A DNA stretch of 53,089 bases, from NCBI GenBank assembly GCA_964465545.1, contig CAYXIS010000001.1, forward strand, positions 1 to 53,089, in the 5' to 3' direction. The notes beneath the pieces are model-generated. The model did no database searches. It was not told the DNA's origin and saw nothing but the letters and a program-made list of their open reading frames with translations. Origin of the DNA: an uncultured Bifidobacterium sp. (lineage in GTDB: Bacteria; Actinomycetota; Actinomycetes; Nanopelagicales; Nanopelagicaceae). Shown piece after piece: positions 18,333 through 28,423 of this stretch; position 1 is the stretch's first letter, and every line of letters starts with the position of its first letter. Made by a program: the position numbers and the translations under genes.

Positions 18333-18351
18333 AGGAGCGAGGATACAGTAC

Positions 18352-18813
18352 TTAAATTCCTTTTCGTTGCGCTTGGAAGAATGATTGGAGCAACTGGGCA
18401 CACTCATCGGCCATCACGCCCGCAACTACTTCGGGTTTATTCAAGGTTCTTGGGTCTCTCAAAATATCCCAAACAGAGCCGACTGCCCCTGCCTTCTCAT
18501 CCCAAGCGCCAAATACAACCCTCGGAATTCGAGACTGCACAATCGCACCGGCGCACATCGCACAAGGTTCAAGAGTGACAACCAACGTGTGTTCTTCCAG
18601 ACGCCAACCCCCGAGTTTGAGAGCAGCCTTTCGCATCGCAACAATTTCTGCGTGAGCAGTCGGGTCATGATCTAACTCGCGCTCATTGCTTCCCGTTGCG
18701 ACCACTTCACCCTTGCCATTTAGAATCACGGCACCGACTGGCACATCGGCGCTTGTCGTGGTCGCTTCTTGGGCGACCTTGATGGCCAAAGCCATCGCTT
18801 CTTCATAATTCAT
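18352..18813 (-). CDS. tadA: tRNA adenosine(34) deaminase
   Basis: HAEIVAMR and PCAMCAGAI zinc-binding deaminase motifs. Confidence 0.9.
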   Translation of the reverse strand: MNYEEAMALAIKVAQEATTTSADVPVGAVILNGKGEVVATGSNERELDHDPTAHAEIVAMRKAALKLGGWRLEEHTLVVTLEPCAMCAGAIVQSRIPRVVFGAWDEKAGAVGSVWDILRDPRTLNKPEVVAGVMADECAQLLQSFFQAQRKGI

Positions 18814-19271
18814 AGACCTATTAGTTCGCGAAACTCTTCACCAAAACCCAACCGAGTTGCGATGGCGTCTAGTTGTTCATCAGGAAACAATTCTGCATCA
18901 TCACAAAGAGCGGAAATCTCCATGTGGTTCATACCCAAGTCGGCCAGAATGTCCAAATGCCCCACTGGTAGTGGTTCGTCTTCTTCATTGGGGAATGGAA
19001 GATCGGCCAGTTCAATGAAATCTGATGCCACTTCATAATCGAACGCGCAAGTAACATCGCTGAGAAACATGCTTATATGTGAACCGAGAACTCTGATGAT
19101 GATGAAGAACTCCTCATCAATTGCAATCAGTGCAATGGCGCCCCCGTTAGTGCGCTGGCTCTTCAAGCGATCAATAATGTGAGCCAGGTCATGCGGATTA
19201 GGTAGCTTGGCGAGATTCCATCTGCCTTCTTCATGCCAAGCGGCCACTGCGATATCAACTTCCTCACTCAT
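18810..19271 (-). CDS. tRNA adenosine deaminase-associated protein (actinobacterial acidic protein upstream of tadA)
   Basis: Overlaps the tadA start by 4 nt. Acidic, about 150 aa. N-terminus MSEEVDIAVAAWHEEGRW is typical of this family. Confidence 0.6.
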   Translation of the reverse strand: MSEEVDIAVAAWHEEGRWNLAKLPNPHDLAHIIDRLKSQRTNGGAIALIAIDEEFFIIIRVLGSHISMFLSDVTCAFDYEVASDFIELADLPFPNEEDEPLPVGHLDILADLGMNHMEISALCDDAELFPDEQLDAIATRLGFGEEFRELIGL

Positions 19272-19351
19272 CACCGCCCCCGTTTCACATGCCCTCAGGT
19301 TGCATACTGACACTCATTTCTTGAGATGAAAAGACCTGTAAGGTATGGGGG

Positions 19352-19990
19352 GTGAAAGTCCACGTCGCGAATCACCCGCTAATCTCGCACAAATTGACCG
19401 TGCTGCGCGATGAAACCACCGACTCCCCGACCTTTCGTCGCCTCGTCGAAGAACTCGTCACATTGCTAGCGTACGAGGCAACTCGCGAAGTGCGCACGAA
19501 AACGGTCACAATTAGGACTCCGGTAGTTGTCACTCAGGGTGAAAAGATGGCAGACCCCAGACCGGTTGTCGTCCCTATCTTGCGCGCAGGACTTGGAATG
19601 CTTGAGGGAATGGTTCGCCTGGTTCCGACTGCCGAAGTTGGTTTTCTTGGAATGGTACGGGACGAAGAAACTTTATTGGCCAGCACTTACGCCAACCGAC
19701 TTCCCGACGATCTTTCTGGGCGTCAATGTTTTGTTCTTGATCCAATGTTGGCAACCGGCGGAACTCTTGTCGCCGCCCTCAACTATCTGATTGATTTAGG
19801 TGCCACAGACATCATCGCAATCTGCATTATTGCGGCACCTGAAGGCGTTGCCTACATGGAGCAGGCTTTTGAAAACTGTCCAGTGCCAATCACAATTGTT
19901 ACGGGGGCACTGGATACAAAGTTAAATGAAAACGGATATATCGTGCCGGGTCTGGGTGACGCGGGCGATCGACTTTATGGAGTTGTTTAA
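19352..19990 (+). CDS. upp: uracil phosphoribosyltransferase
   Basis: [30 protein letters not shown] and [12 protein letters not shown]. Confidence 0.92.
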   Translation: MKVHVANHPLISHKLTVLRDETTDSPTFRRLVEELVTLLAYEATREVRTKTVTIRTPVVVTQGEKMADPRPVVVPILRAGLGMLEGMVRLVPTAEVGFLGMVRDEETLLASTYANRLPDDLSGRQCFVLDPMLATGGTLVAALNYLIDLGATDIIAICIIAAPEGVAYMEQAFENCPVPITIVTGALDTKLNENGYIVPGLGDAGDRLYGVV

Positions 19991-19991
19991 C

Positions 19992-21371
19992 ATGGCATCA
20001 ACCAGTCCTGGATACGGCATCACCATTCGCGTAGAGGGCGCACCTTCGGTGCAACCGGTAGCGGAGGCAACAGCGGCAATCACCAAGGCAGGTGCGACGA
20101 TTACCGCACTTGACGTTGTTGAATCCCTCTTGGACAAAGTTGTTATTGACATCACCTGCGACACCATCAATGCCGACCACGCAGAAGAAATCACCAAGGC
20201 TATCAGCGCCCACGATGGATTAACGGTGCGCAAAGTCAGCGATCGCACCTTCTTATTGCACCTCGGCGGCAAACTGGAAATTCATTCTCGAGTGCCCCTC
20301 AAAACCCGCGATGATCTTTCTCGTGCATACACGCCTGGCGTCGCACGTATCTGCCAAGCGATCGTGGACGATCCAACCGACGCACGACGCCTTACGATCA
20401 AGCGGAACACTGTTGCAGTAGTCACCGATGGATCGGCAGTCCTTGGACTTGGAAATATCGGGCCAGAAGCCGCTCTTCCAGTGATGGAAGGAAAAGCAGT
20501 GCTATTCAAACGTTTTGCAGACGTCGACGCATGGCCTGTTTGCCTAGACACCCAAGATGTTGATGAGATCGTCCGGACTGTTCAATTGATCGCACCGGTA
20601 TATGGCGGAATCAACCTCGAGGATATTTCAGCTCCACGATGCTTTGAGGTTGAGGCACGGCTTCGCGAACTTTTGGATATCCCTGTCTTCCACGATGATC
20701 AACACGGCACTGCGGTCTGTGTGCTTGCTGCGCTGACAAATGCCTTGAAGCTAGTGAAGAAGAACCTCGCTGACTGCAAGATCGTTATCAGTGGTGCTGG
20801 TGCGGCTGGCACGGCTATCGCACGCCTTCTCACCATAAGCGGTGCCAAGAACATTATTGCTTTTGACTCCAAGGGTGCCATTAACAGTGGAACAGTCACG
20901 AAGGACCCAATGCGTCAGTGGTTCATCGACAACTGCAATCCAAATGATTTTGTTGGCAAGATGTCCGAAGGCATTGTCAATGCTGACGTTTTCATCGGTG
21001 TCAGCGCTGGAAATATCTTGAAGGAGGCAGATGTAGCCTCAATGGCCAAGGACTCGATTGTCTTTGCCCTGGCAAATCCAGACCCAGAGATCGACCCATA
21101 CATTGCTCGCAAGCACGCGACAATCGTGGCAACAGGTCGAAGCGATCAACCAAATCAGATCAACAATGTTTTGGCATTCCCCGGAATCTTCCGCGGCCTC
21201 CTTGATGCAAACGCCCACAAGATCACAGACGAACTTCTGGTTGCGTGTGCGGAAGCGATTGCAGGTTGTGTCTCAGCCGATCAACTGAATACTTCATTCA
21301 TCGTTCCTAGCGTATTTGATCCCAATGTTGTTACAGCAGTAGCGGCAGCTGTGAAGAGGTCGGTCTCTTAA
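19992..21371 (+). CDS. NAD(P)-dependent malic enzyme with an N-terminal ACT-like domain
   Basis: SRAYTPGVA, AVVTDGSAVLGLGNIG, FHDDQHGTA, ISGAGAAG and ALANPDPEI. ATG 19992 lies directly after the upp stop. Confidence 0.88.
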   Translation: MASTSPGYGITIRVEGAPSVQPVAEATAAITKAGATITALDVVESLLDKVVIDITCDTINADHAEEITKAISAHDGLTVRKVSDRTFLLHLGGKLEIHSRVPLKTRDDLSRAYTPGVARICQAIVDDPTDARRLTIKRNTVAVVTDGSAVLGLGNIGPEAALPVMEGKAVLFKRFADVDAWPVCLDTQDVDEIVRTVQLIAPVYGGINLEDISAPRCFEVEARLRELLDIPVFHDDQHGTAVCVLAALTNALKLVKKNLADCKIVISGAGAAGTAIARLLTISGAKNIIAFDSKGAINSGTVTKDPMRQWFIDNCNPNDFVGKMSEGIVNADVFIGVSAGNILKEADVASMAKDSIVFALANPDPEIDPYIARKHATIVATGRSDQPNQINNVLAFPGIFRGLLDANAHKITDELLVACAEAIAGCVSADQLNTSFIVPSVFDPNVVTAVAAAVKRSVS

Positions 21372-21386
21372 GAACTCAAAGTGTGA

Positions 21387-22634
21387 TTAGTACTCGTTAG
21401 CAATAAAGAGTTCCTTCGATGGGAACTTTGTAAGAATGTGAACACCGCCTTCGGTGACCACGACTTCTTCCTCGATGCGGGCGGCAGAAATACCGTCAGA
21501 GGCAGGGCAGTACGTCTCCAGGGCAAAAACCATGCCCGCTTTGATTTCTATGGGATTTTCAAGGCTGTTGAGACGGGAGATGATCGGTCTCTCATGCAGC
21601 CCAAGGCCAAGTCCGTGACCGAACTGCAACCCGAAAGCAGCTAGCTCGTCGGTGAATCCGAAATCCTCGGCTTTTGGCCAAACCTTAGCAATCTGATCTG
21701 TCCCAACACCGACTCGAACCGTGTCGATTGCCGCGTCCATCCACTCACGTGCTTTCGTGTAGGCATCATGCTGGCTTGCTGTAGCGCTGCCGACCGCAAA
21801 GGTGCGGTAGTAGCAGGTGCGGTATCCGTTGAAGGAGTGAATGATGTCAAAGAATGCCTGATCACCGGGTCTAATGATTCTGTCGGTGAAATTGTGGGGA
21901 TGGGGATTGCAGCGATCACCCGATATCGCGTTGATCGCCTCAACTTGGTCCGATCCCATTTCGTAGAGGCGCTTGTTAGCCAAAGCGACGATCTCATTCT
22001 CTCTGATACCGGGCTTAAGGACGTCGACAATGTTCTGGTAAACGCCATCGACCATCGCGGCGGCTTGATTCAAAAGCATAATCTCATCAATGGACTTTAT
22101 GACTCGTGCATCCAACATGTATTGCTGAGCATCCACGACTTTCAGTCCCTGACGTTGCATCTCAAAGAGGAATGCCGGCTCCACAATGTCGACGCCAACT
22201 GGCATGTCTTCCACACCCGCATCAACAAGAAGAGATTTGATCTCTTTGATCGCAGATTCCATCAGGCCGGCTGATGGGGCGACGGCACCACGCATGCCAA
22301 GCATTCCTGGGCGGTTGTTCTCTTGCTTGAGCCATGGCGAATAGAGCTTGTGATGACGAACTGCTGATCCAAAGTCCCAAAGCATCGGTTCGCCCCCGTC
22401 GCGGGTAAGGAGTGCATACCGAGTCATCTTGTCGCCCAGGGCGCCACCAATCCACGTTTGAGTCGTGTATCGAATGTTGTAGAAATCAAAAAGAAGGAAC
22501 GCACCGCACTCACTGCTATCCAACGATTCCTTTGCACGGCCAATGCGGTACTTTCGAAGGCGGTCGAAATCAACGCGAGACTCGTAATCGACCCCCATGT
22601 GCCCGGGAGCAGCCAATGGTGCCACTTTTTTCAT
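21387..22634 (-). CDS. M24-family (creatinase/prolidase-fold) hydrolase, substrate unknown
   Basis: Pita-bread motifs GDQAFFDI..NGYRTCYYRTF, GHGLGLGLHE, GMVFALE and ARIEEEVVVTE. Confidence 0.8.
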   Translation of the reverse strand: MKKVAPLAAPGHMGVDYESRVDFDRLRKYRIGRAKESLDSSECGAFLLFDFYNIRYTTQTWIGGALGDKMTRYALLTRDGGEPMLWDFGSAVRHHKLYSPWLKQENNRPGMLGMRGAVAPSAGLMESAIKEIKSLLVDAGVEDMPVGVDIVEPAFLFEMQRQGLKVVDAQQYMLDARVIKSIDEIMLLNQAAAMVDGVYQNIVDVLKPGIRENEIVALANKRLYEMGSDQVEAINAISGDRCNPHPHNFTDRIIRPGDQAFFDIIHSFNGYRTCYYRTFAVGSATASQHDAYTKAREWMDAAIDTVRVGVGTDQIAKVWPKAEDFGFTDELAAFGLQFGHGLGLGLHERPIISRLNSLENPIEIKAGMVFALETYCPASDGISAARIEEEVVVTEGGVHILTKFPSKELFIANEY

Positions 22635-22661
22635 GATTTCCTTCCCCCTCTACCACAACGT

Positions 22662-23603
22662 TTATGCGGACTCGCTCTCGAGTCCGTCAGACACCTGAAG
22701 ATCTTCCGACTTCAAATTCATCCCTGAAGCGGCAGCTTGCTCAAGTAGAAGTACCGAGAAATCCATATCCACGTTGCCGTGCCCGACTGCCTGTTGGACA
22801 ATCTGGTGCGTTACCGAAGCGATAGGCATCGGAACCTCCAGATCGCGCGCAGCGGCAAGCCCAAGGTCGAAATCCTTTCGCAAAAGAATCGGCGTAAAAG
22901 TTGGAGTCATATCAAGATTGATAAAAGCCGGGCTCTTATAGCGAGTGAAAACAGAACCCATCACAGACTCATTCAGGAAGGCGAGGAACGCTGATCGAGG
23001 AACGCCGGCTTTCTCTGCAAACACTGTGATCTCGGCCATCGACTGAGTGACAACGCCAAGAAATATGTTGTGTGCAAGTTTCACCAGACGGGCCAGATCG
23101 CCCTCGCCAGCATAAGTCGCAGCCTTAACAATGTGAAGGAGAATCGGTTCGACTTCATCAAAGACATCTTTTGCACCCGAAGCAATCATTGTCAATTTGC
23201 CGGCCAAGACAACTTTGGCGTTCCCGGAGACTGGGGCCACTAGATACCCAGTACCCCTGTCCGCTGCGGCTAAGCGAACTTCATCGGAGGCTTCTTCGCT
23301 GACTGTCGAGCAATCCACCAAAATTCTTGGCGCGACCTTCTGTGTCAGGACACCGCCGACGCCAGTTGTTACTTGGAGTAGATCGGAGGATTCAGAGACC
23401 ATCGAAAAGACAATGTCGCAGTCGGCTAATTCGGAAATCGAATCCGCAATCTTTGCGCCGTATGCAGCCAATGGTTCAGCTTTGGATCGAGTGCGGTTGT
23501 AAACGCTCACGCTTAATCCGACGTTAAGCAGTCGAGAGACCATGGCATAACCCATACGTCCCGTTCCAATCCAGCCAATCGTTAGGTTTGAATTAATCGT
23601 CAT
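22662..23603 (-). CDS. NAD(P)-dependent beta-hydroxyacid dehydrogenase (3-hydroxyisobutyrate dehydrogenase family)
   Basis: IGWIGTGRMGYAM Rossmann motif, VAPVSGN and KLAHNI. Confidence 0.85.
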   Translation of the reverse strand: MTINSNLTIGWIGTGRMGYAMVSRLLNVGLSVSVYNRTRSKAEPLAAYGAKIADSISELADCDIVFSMVSESSDLLQVTTGVGGVLTQKVAPRILVDCSTVSEEASDEVRLAAADRGTGYLVAPVSGNAKVVLAGKLTMIASGAKDVFDEVEPILLHIVKAATYAGEGDLARLVKLAHNIFLGVVTQSMAEITVFAEKAGVPRSAFLAFLNESVMGSVFTRYKSPAFINLDMTPTFTPILLRKDFDLGLAAARDLEVPMPIASVTHQIVQQAVGHGNVDMDFSVLLLEQAAASGMNLKSEDLQVSDGLESESA

Positions 23604-23604
23604 G

Positions 23605-24390
23605 TCAGTTCTCCTGTTGAGTCTTGGCTGGCGTGCGAGTCATTGTGGATGCACCCAGATAAAGTCTGGCGACTTCCGGATCCTCGAGAAGCGTCGCTGC
23701 AGCCCCGGTTATCCGAACAAGACCCGTTTCGAGAATCGCTCCTCGGTCGGCCGCGGCCAACCCGGATCTTGCATTCTGTTCTACAAGCAAAATGGTGCGA
23801 CCCGCCGTTGCCAACCCTCTAATGGCTTCAAAGACCAAGCGACGAGACTTGGGATCAAGTCCAATGGAAGGCTCATCAAGCAAGATGAGCTTTGGATCAA
23901 AGAGAAGAGTCCGAGCAAGTTCGACCTGCTTCTGCTCACCACCGGATAAAGATCCTGCATGTGTATTGCGACGCTGAGTGATGATGGGGAAGATGTACGC
24001 GGCTTCATCAATACGATCTTGAATCACCTTTCGACTTCGAATGAGATAGCCGCCCATGAGTAAGTTGTCCCATACCGTCATGCCAGGAAATAGCGAGCGC
24101 TCTTGCGGAACATGGACTATTCCTCGACTCAAATTCTCCTTTGGTGTTTGGCCTGTAATGTCCGTGTCCTCGAACATGACCTTTCCATCCATTGGAGGAA
24201 GCAGACCTGAAACCGTCTTAAGCACCGTGGACTTTCCCGCACCATTGGGCCCAATAAGGCACATGATGTCGCCACGATTGAGTGTGAGGTCGACGCCCTT
24301 TAGCACCATGCCGGATCCGTACCCGGCTACAACGCTTATAAGTTGAAGCAACACTGTGGAATTGGAATCTATTTTGTCCGCTAGTTTCAT
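23605..24390 (-). CDS. branched-chain amino acid-type ABC transporter ATP-binding protein (LivF-like)
   Basis: Walker A GPNGAGKST, signature LSGGEQK and Walker B LILLDEP. ATG 24390 is preceded by GAGGAG. Confidence 0.85.
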   Translation of the reverse strand: MKLADKIDSNSTVLLQLISVVAGYGSGMVLKGVDLTLNRGDIMCLIGPNGAGKSTVLKTVSGLLPPMDGKVMFEDTDITGQTPKENLSRGIVHVPQERSLFPGMTVWDNLLMGGYLIRSRKVIQDRIDEAAYIFPIITQRRNTHAGSLSGGEQKQVELARTLLFDPKLILLDEPSIGLDPKSRRLVFEAIRGLATAGRTILLVEQNARSGLAAADRGAILETGLVRITGAAATLLEDPEVARLYLGASTMTRTPAKTQQEN

Positions 24391-24401
24391 TTTTTCACTC
24401 C

Positions 24402-25133
24402 TCAATCGCCAAGGTAGGCATCGAGCACTCGGGGGTCAGATTGCACCGTCTCTGGATCTCCCGTTGCGATTGTTTTTCCGCGATCAAGCACGATCACGGG
24501 ATTGCAGACTCGCATGACGAAACTCATATCGTGTTCGACTATCAGGAACGTGACGCCCGCTTCGTTGTAGGAGCGAATGTGCGTTGCCATGGTTTCGATC
24601 AGAATCGGATTGACGCCCGCAGTTGGCTCGTCAAGCAATACCAATCGAGGTTTGCTCATAAGCACGGACGCAAACTCAAGAAGTTTGCGCTGGCCCCACG
24701 AGAGTTCGCTTGCGTAAAGGTCAGCTACGTGGCTGAGTTTGAACTCCTCAAGGAGTTCTGCCGCTCTCTTCCGATCGTCAGCGGAAATTCGGCGGCCGAA
24801 GAAGGACTTCAGGGTTCCTCCCCGCGCGACCACTAAGTTCTCCTGAACCGTGAGATCGGCGAAGACACGTGCTTGTTGAAAGGTGCGTGTGAGTCCCTTT
24901 CGATAAAGAGTGCCCGGACCCTCCTTGTGAATCGTGGATCCGGCAAATTCCACCGTGCCACCATCCGATGGGAGATAGCCAGTGATCAAGTTAAAAACAG
25001 TCGTTTTTCCAGATCCGTTGGGGCCGATGAGAGCAGTAATGCTCCCCTCCTCCACTGAAAATGAGCAGTTATCTACAGCTATAAGTTCGCCGAATCTCTT
25101 CGTTAAATCCGTGACTCGCAGCAGTTCGCTCAT
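24402..25133 (-). CDS. branched-chain amino acid-type ABC transporter ATP-binding protein (LivG-like)
   Basis: GPNGSGKTT, LSWGQRKLLE and LVLLDEPTAG. ATGA overlap with the upstream permease gene. Confidence 0.88.
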   Translation of the reverse strand: MSELLRVTDLTKRFGELIAVDNCSFSVEEGSITALIGPNGSGKTTVFNLITGYLPSDGGTVEFAGSTIHKEGPGTLYRKGLTRTFQQARVFADLTVQENLVVARGGTLKSFFGRRISADDRKRAAELLEEFKLSHVADLYASELSWGQRKLLEFASVLMSKPRLVLLDEPTAGVNPILIETMATHIRSYNEAGVTFLIVEHDMSFVMRVCNPVIVLDRGKTIATGDPETVQSDPRVLDAYLGD

Positions 25134-26182
25134 GAGTGCGCTCCCTGGGAAAGCGCCGATGTACTCGTACCGTCAGCGATAGTGCGTTGTTCCGCAAGCG
25201 CGGCCAAACGTCGCTTGCTCAGAAGGGTTGGCAAGATTCCTCGTGGCAGTAGCAACATGATGATTAAGAAGATCGCTGCATAAACTATGAGGTAGATCTG
25301 ACTTCCGCCAACGTAATAGGCGAGGAGTTGTTGGGCGGGCATCAGAATCGCTGCACCCAAAATAGGGCCCCACAAAGTGGCACGTCCTCCGAGGAAGGTC
25401 ATCAAAACTATCGCAATTGTGATCAGTGGATCGAAGGCGAATTGGGGATAGATAAAGCCGATGTAGTACGCCCAGACTGCCCCAGCCATTCCGGTGATGC
25501 CCACACTTACAGAGAAAGCGAGAAGTTTCACACCAGTCGTAGGAACTCCAACTCCACGCGCCTTGTCCTCATCAGCTCTGATCGCAGTAAGCGCCATGCC
25601 GAGTTTTGTTCGAATTACGAAGTAGGTAATACCCATTGCAAGAAGAAGTAACGCGGCAGCAACAAAATAGAAGGGTTGTTCGAATATGTCGATGTTGAAA
25701 GGCGCCCTAGACACGCCAGCGCCTTGCGCGCCACCAGTTAGGCTTTTGATGTTGTAGCCGAGAGTCTGCGCGACAAAGAGAAGTGTGATTGTCACGATCG
25801 CGAATACGTCTGCTCGGGTTCGCATTGCCAGCCATCCGATAGGCAATGCGAGAAGGGCGCACCCGATGCCAATGAGCGGAAGCGAAATGAACGGCGCCCA
25901 GCCATTTGTAAGAAGCTCCGTATTCTTGAACATGTAGGCGATGGCATACGCTCCGATTCCAAAGAATGCTGCGTGGCCAAGAGATGGATACCCTGCATAG
26001 CCGCCGATTAAATTCCAGGCAGAGGACATGGCTGCGTATAGGACCGTAAAAAAGAGCAGATTCCAAATCCAGTGAGCACGAAAGATCTCCGGCATTGCGA
26101 TGAGAACAGCTATCGATATTCCACCGCGGAGTAGACCGTTGCGGGTGAAGAAGGCGCTAGCACCCTCTGTAGTCTTTTTCAC
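25130..26182 (-). CDS. branched-chain amino acid-type ABC transporter permease (LivM-like)
   Basis: Multi-TM protein with SLGHAAFFGIGAY. GTG 26182 overlaps the livH-like stop (GTGA). The tracked ORF extension to 26611 is rejected. Confidence 0.82.
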   Translation of the reverse strand: MKKTTEGASAFFTRNGLLRGGISIAVLIAMPEIFRAHWIWNLLFFTVLYAAMSSAWNLIGGYAGYPSLGHAAFFGIGAYAIAYMFKNTELLTNGWAPFISLPLIGIGCALLALPIGWLAMRTRADVFAIVTITLLFVAQTLGYNIKSLTGGAQGAGVSRAPFNIDIFEQPFYFVAAALLLLAMGITYFVIRTKLGMALTAIRADEDKARGVGVPTTGVKLLAFSVSVGITGMAGAVWAYYIGFIYPQFAFDPLITIAIVLMTFLGGRATLWGPILGAAILMPAQQLLAYYVGGSQIYLIVYAAIFLIIMLLLPRGILPTLLSKRRLAALAEQRTIADGTSTSALSQGAHS

Positions 26183-27057
26183 AGGTTGCCTCGTTCCACT
26201 CGACCAAACATCCCCTGAGGGCGCACAAGCAAAACCAGAAGCAACACAATGAAGAACGTCATCTCCGACCAAGTCGGCGACCATGTAACAGCTGCCACTG
26301 AGGAAACAACGCCGATTATCACTCCAGCAAGCACTGCCCCACCAATCGATCCAAGGCCGCCAAGAACAACAACCGAGAGCAGCCTTGATATCAAGTCGTA
26401 ATGACTGCCTGAGTTGAACGGGAATAGGAGCCCGAAGATGGAACCTGACGCCGCCGCAGTTGCGATGCCCAAACCAAATCCATACGCCTTGACACGGTTG
26501 GAGTCGACTCCCAGAAGCGTTGCTGACTGAGGGTTCTGTACAGTTGCACGAATTGCACGACCAAACCGGGTTTTTTGAAGAACGATGTAAAGAAGCAGAA
26601 GTAACACACACGAGACGATGAATCCATAAACACGCACTGCCGATATTGCAAAACCGCCGACGTCAAAGGCTTTGTTGGCATAAGAAGTATTAATGCTCCG
26701 ATAGGTCGTGTGGTAAGAGACTGAAAGAATTCCTTCGATAAGCAGGGCAAGAGCGAAGGTAACCAAAATGGAAAGTTCGACAGCGTCTTCGCGTCGAAGC
26801 GGTCGAAGGAATACCCAATGCCCCACTACGCCGATCCCAAACATGAGTGGTGTCGTAATTAGAACCGCAATAAGTGGGTCGACGCCAAATTTCGTAAACA
26901 GAGTGAAGGCGAGATATGCAGAGGCAATAACAAAGGCACCTTGCGCAAGATTGACTACCTTCATCACCCCGAAGATCAGCGTCTGGCCCGATGCCATGAG
27001 CGCGTAAACCCCGCCAGTGAGGACACCCAAGATCAAACCTTGGATCAGCGTGTGCAT
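26179..27057 (-). CDS. branched-chain amino acid-type ABC transporter permease (LivH-like)
   Basis: Multi-TM protein with VVNLAQGAF. GGAGG lies upstream of ATG 27057. Confidence 0.88.
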   Translation of the reverse strand: MHTLIQGLILGVLTGGVYALMASGQTLIFGVMKVVNLAQGAFVIASAYLAFTLFTKFGVDPLIAVLITTPLMFGIGVVGHWVFLRPLRREDAVELSILVTFALALLIEGILSVSYHTTYRSINTSYANKAFDVGGFAISAVRVYGFIVSCVLLLLLYIVLQKTRFGRAIRATVQNPQSATLLGVDSNRVKAYGFGLGIATAAASGSIFGLLFPFNSGSHYDLISRLLSVVVLGGLGSIGGAVLAGVIIGVVSSVAAVTWSPTWSEMTFFIVLLLVLLVRPQGMFGRVERGNL

Positions 27058-27099
27058 TGTCTTGCCTCCTAGATAGAGCGTTGAAGAACTGGTTATGTA

Positions 27100-27139
27100 G
27101 CGGACCCAACTCGAAACGTCGCTTTCAAATTGGGTCCGC
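27100..27139 (-). promoter_or_regulatory. intercistronic stem-loop between the binding-protein gene and the first permease gene
   Basis: GCGGACCCAA (27100-27109) is perfectly complementary to TTGGGTCCGC (27130-27139). The loop can form an inner GAAA/UUUC helix. No U-tract follows. Confidence 0.5.
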
Positions 27140-27163
27140 CATTCAAACGGGCATTACTGCTTT

Positions 27164-28423
27164 TCAGGCACCCCAGTTTGGCTTTGGAGCCACAGGGGAG
27201 GATTGCGCGATCGTGGCTGGGAAAACAGGTACGAGCTTGCCTTTCTGCCACTGCACTAATAGATAGCTTCCTTGAGGTTCCCCAATTGCATCCCACGAGA
27301 GATCACCAAGGACTGTCGCCCAAGTACCGGAATGCAACGTCGAGATGATTGTCGCGTTATCAACTTTGCCAGTCTTGGCGGCAACGAGTTCGAGAACTTG
27401 ACCTGCCGCGTACGCCTCAACGGATGAGTTGTCGATTGCAGACGCGTCTCCGCCGTACTTCGCGATATATGCCTTGATGAAATCGGCACTGCCTGTTGCA
27501 GTACTGCTTGGGAACCAGTCTCCTGATGAGAACACTCCTTCGGTGTTGGCTGCGCCGACCTTGCTTGGAAATTCAACCGGGGAGTTTGCACCGTTGCTCA
27601 TGTACAGCCACTTGGGGTTGTAATGAAGTTGGATCAGCGCCTTGACCTGCTGATAGGCATCAAGTGACTGAGTTCCTGAGACGATGACGTCTGGCTTGCT
27701 GGCAATTGCCTTTGTCATGATTGGCGTGAGGTCAGGAGTCTCTGCAGGATACGTTCCTGAATAAACCGTCTTGATTCCTGCAGCCTCGAATCGAGCCTGA
27801 ACGTTGGCAGCAATTGGCTGAGCAAACGGATCGTCTAGTGAGGGATATGCCGCGGTCTTTGGTCGCTCAGACGCTGGCAAGGCGAGTATGTAGTCGGCAA
27901 ATACATCACCTTGCTTCACGATTGGTCCTGGTTGAATGAAGAAGAGGTTGCCCAACTTCTGAGCGAACACCTTCGGGCCACCGCCAGCAGATTCGATGAA
28001 TGCGTACTTGTATCGGTCGGCAACCTGTGAGGCCGGAACAGTTAGCAAGCTTGAAAATGGACCAAAGACAAGATCAACTTTGTCGCGGGTAATGAGGTTC
28101 TGATAGTTAGTGACGACCTGGGTTGGGCTCGAAAGGTCATCAACAATCTTGAGTTGAACCTGACGTCCGAGAACACCACCTTTTGCATTCACAGTGTCGG
28201 CCCAAAGTTCATAGCCTTTCTTTACTGCTGTGCCTGGATCGGCGAAGTCTCCAGTGAGTGAAAGGGAAATACCGATCACCAACGGCTTGGTGTTTGCCGC
28301 TGGGGTTGACGATGTTGTTGACGTGGAGGCCGAGCATGCGCTCAGAACAACGAGAGCGGCGCCCACGACAGCGACAAGAGGCGCTCTCTTGAACCATCGT
28401 TTAGACAATCGATTGTTATTCAT
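27164..28423 (-). CDS. ABC transporter substrate-binding lipoprotein (Leu/Ile/Val-binding protein family fold)
   Basis: Lipobox LSAC followed by a Ser/Thr-rich linker. GISLSLTGDFA and VDLVFGPFSS are typical of the family. Confidence 0.85.
   Translation of the reverse strand: MNNNRLSKRWFKRAPLVAVVGAALVVLSACSASTSTTSSTPAANTKPLVIGISLSLTGDFADPGTAVKKGYELWADTVNAKGGVLGRQVQLKIVDDLSSPTQVVTNYQNLITRDKVDLVFGPFSSLLTVPASQVADRYKYAFIESAGGGPKVFAQKLGNLFFIQPGPIVKQGDVFADYILALPASERPKTAAYPSLDDPFAQPIAANVQARFEAAGIKTVYSGTYPAETPDLTPIMTKAIASKPDVIVSGTQSLDAYQQVKALIQLHYNPKWLYMSNGANSPVEFPSKVGAANTEGVFSSGDWFPSSTATGSADFIKAYIAKYGGDASAIDNSSVEAYAAGQVLELVAAKTGKVDNATIISTLHSGTWATVLGDLSWDAIGEPQGSYLLVQWQKGKLVPVFPATIAQSSPVAPKPNWGA

Noticed and set aside
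26183-26611. A 143-aa N-terminal extension of the LivM-like ORF. Similar upstream extensions occur on ORFs 2892-3695, 4343-4879, 14279-15838, 19926-21371 and 32438-33775.
   Set aside because: The extensions overlap the preceding gene or lack family similarity. Internal starts with start/stop overlaps or Shine-Dalgarno sequences give proteins of canonical length.
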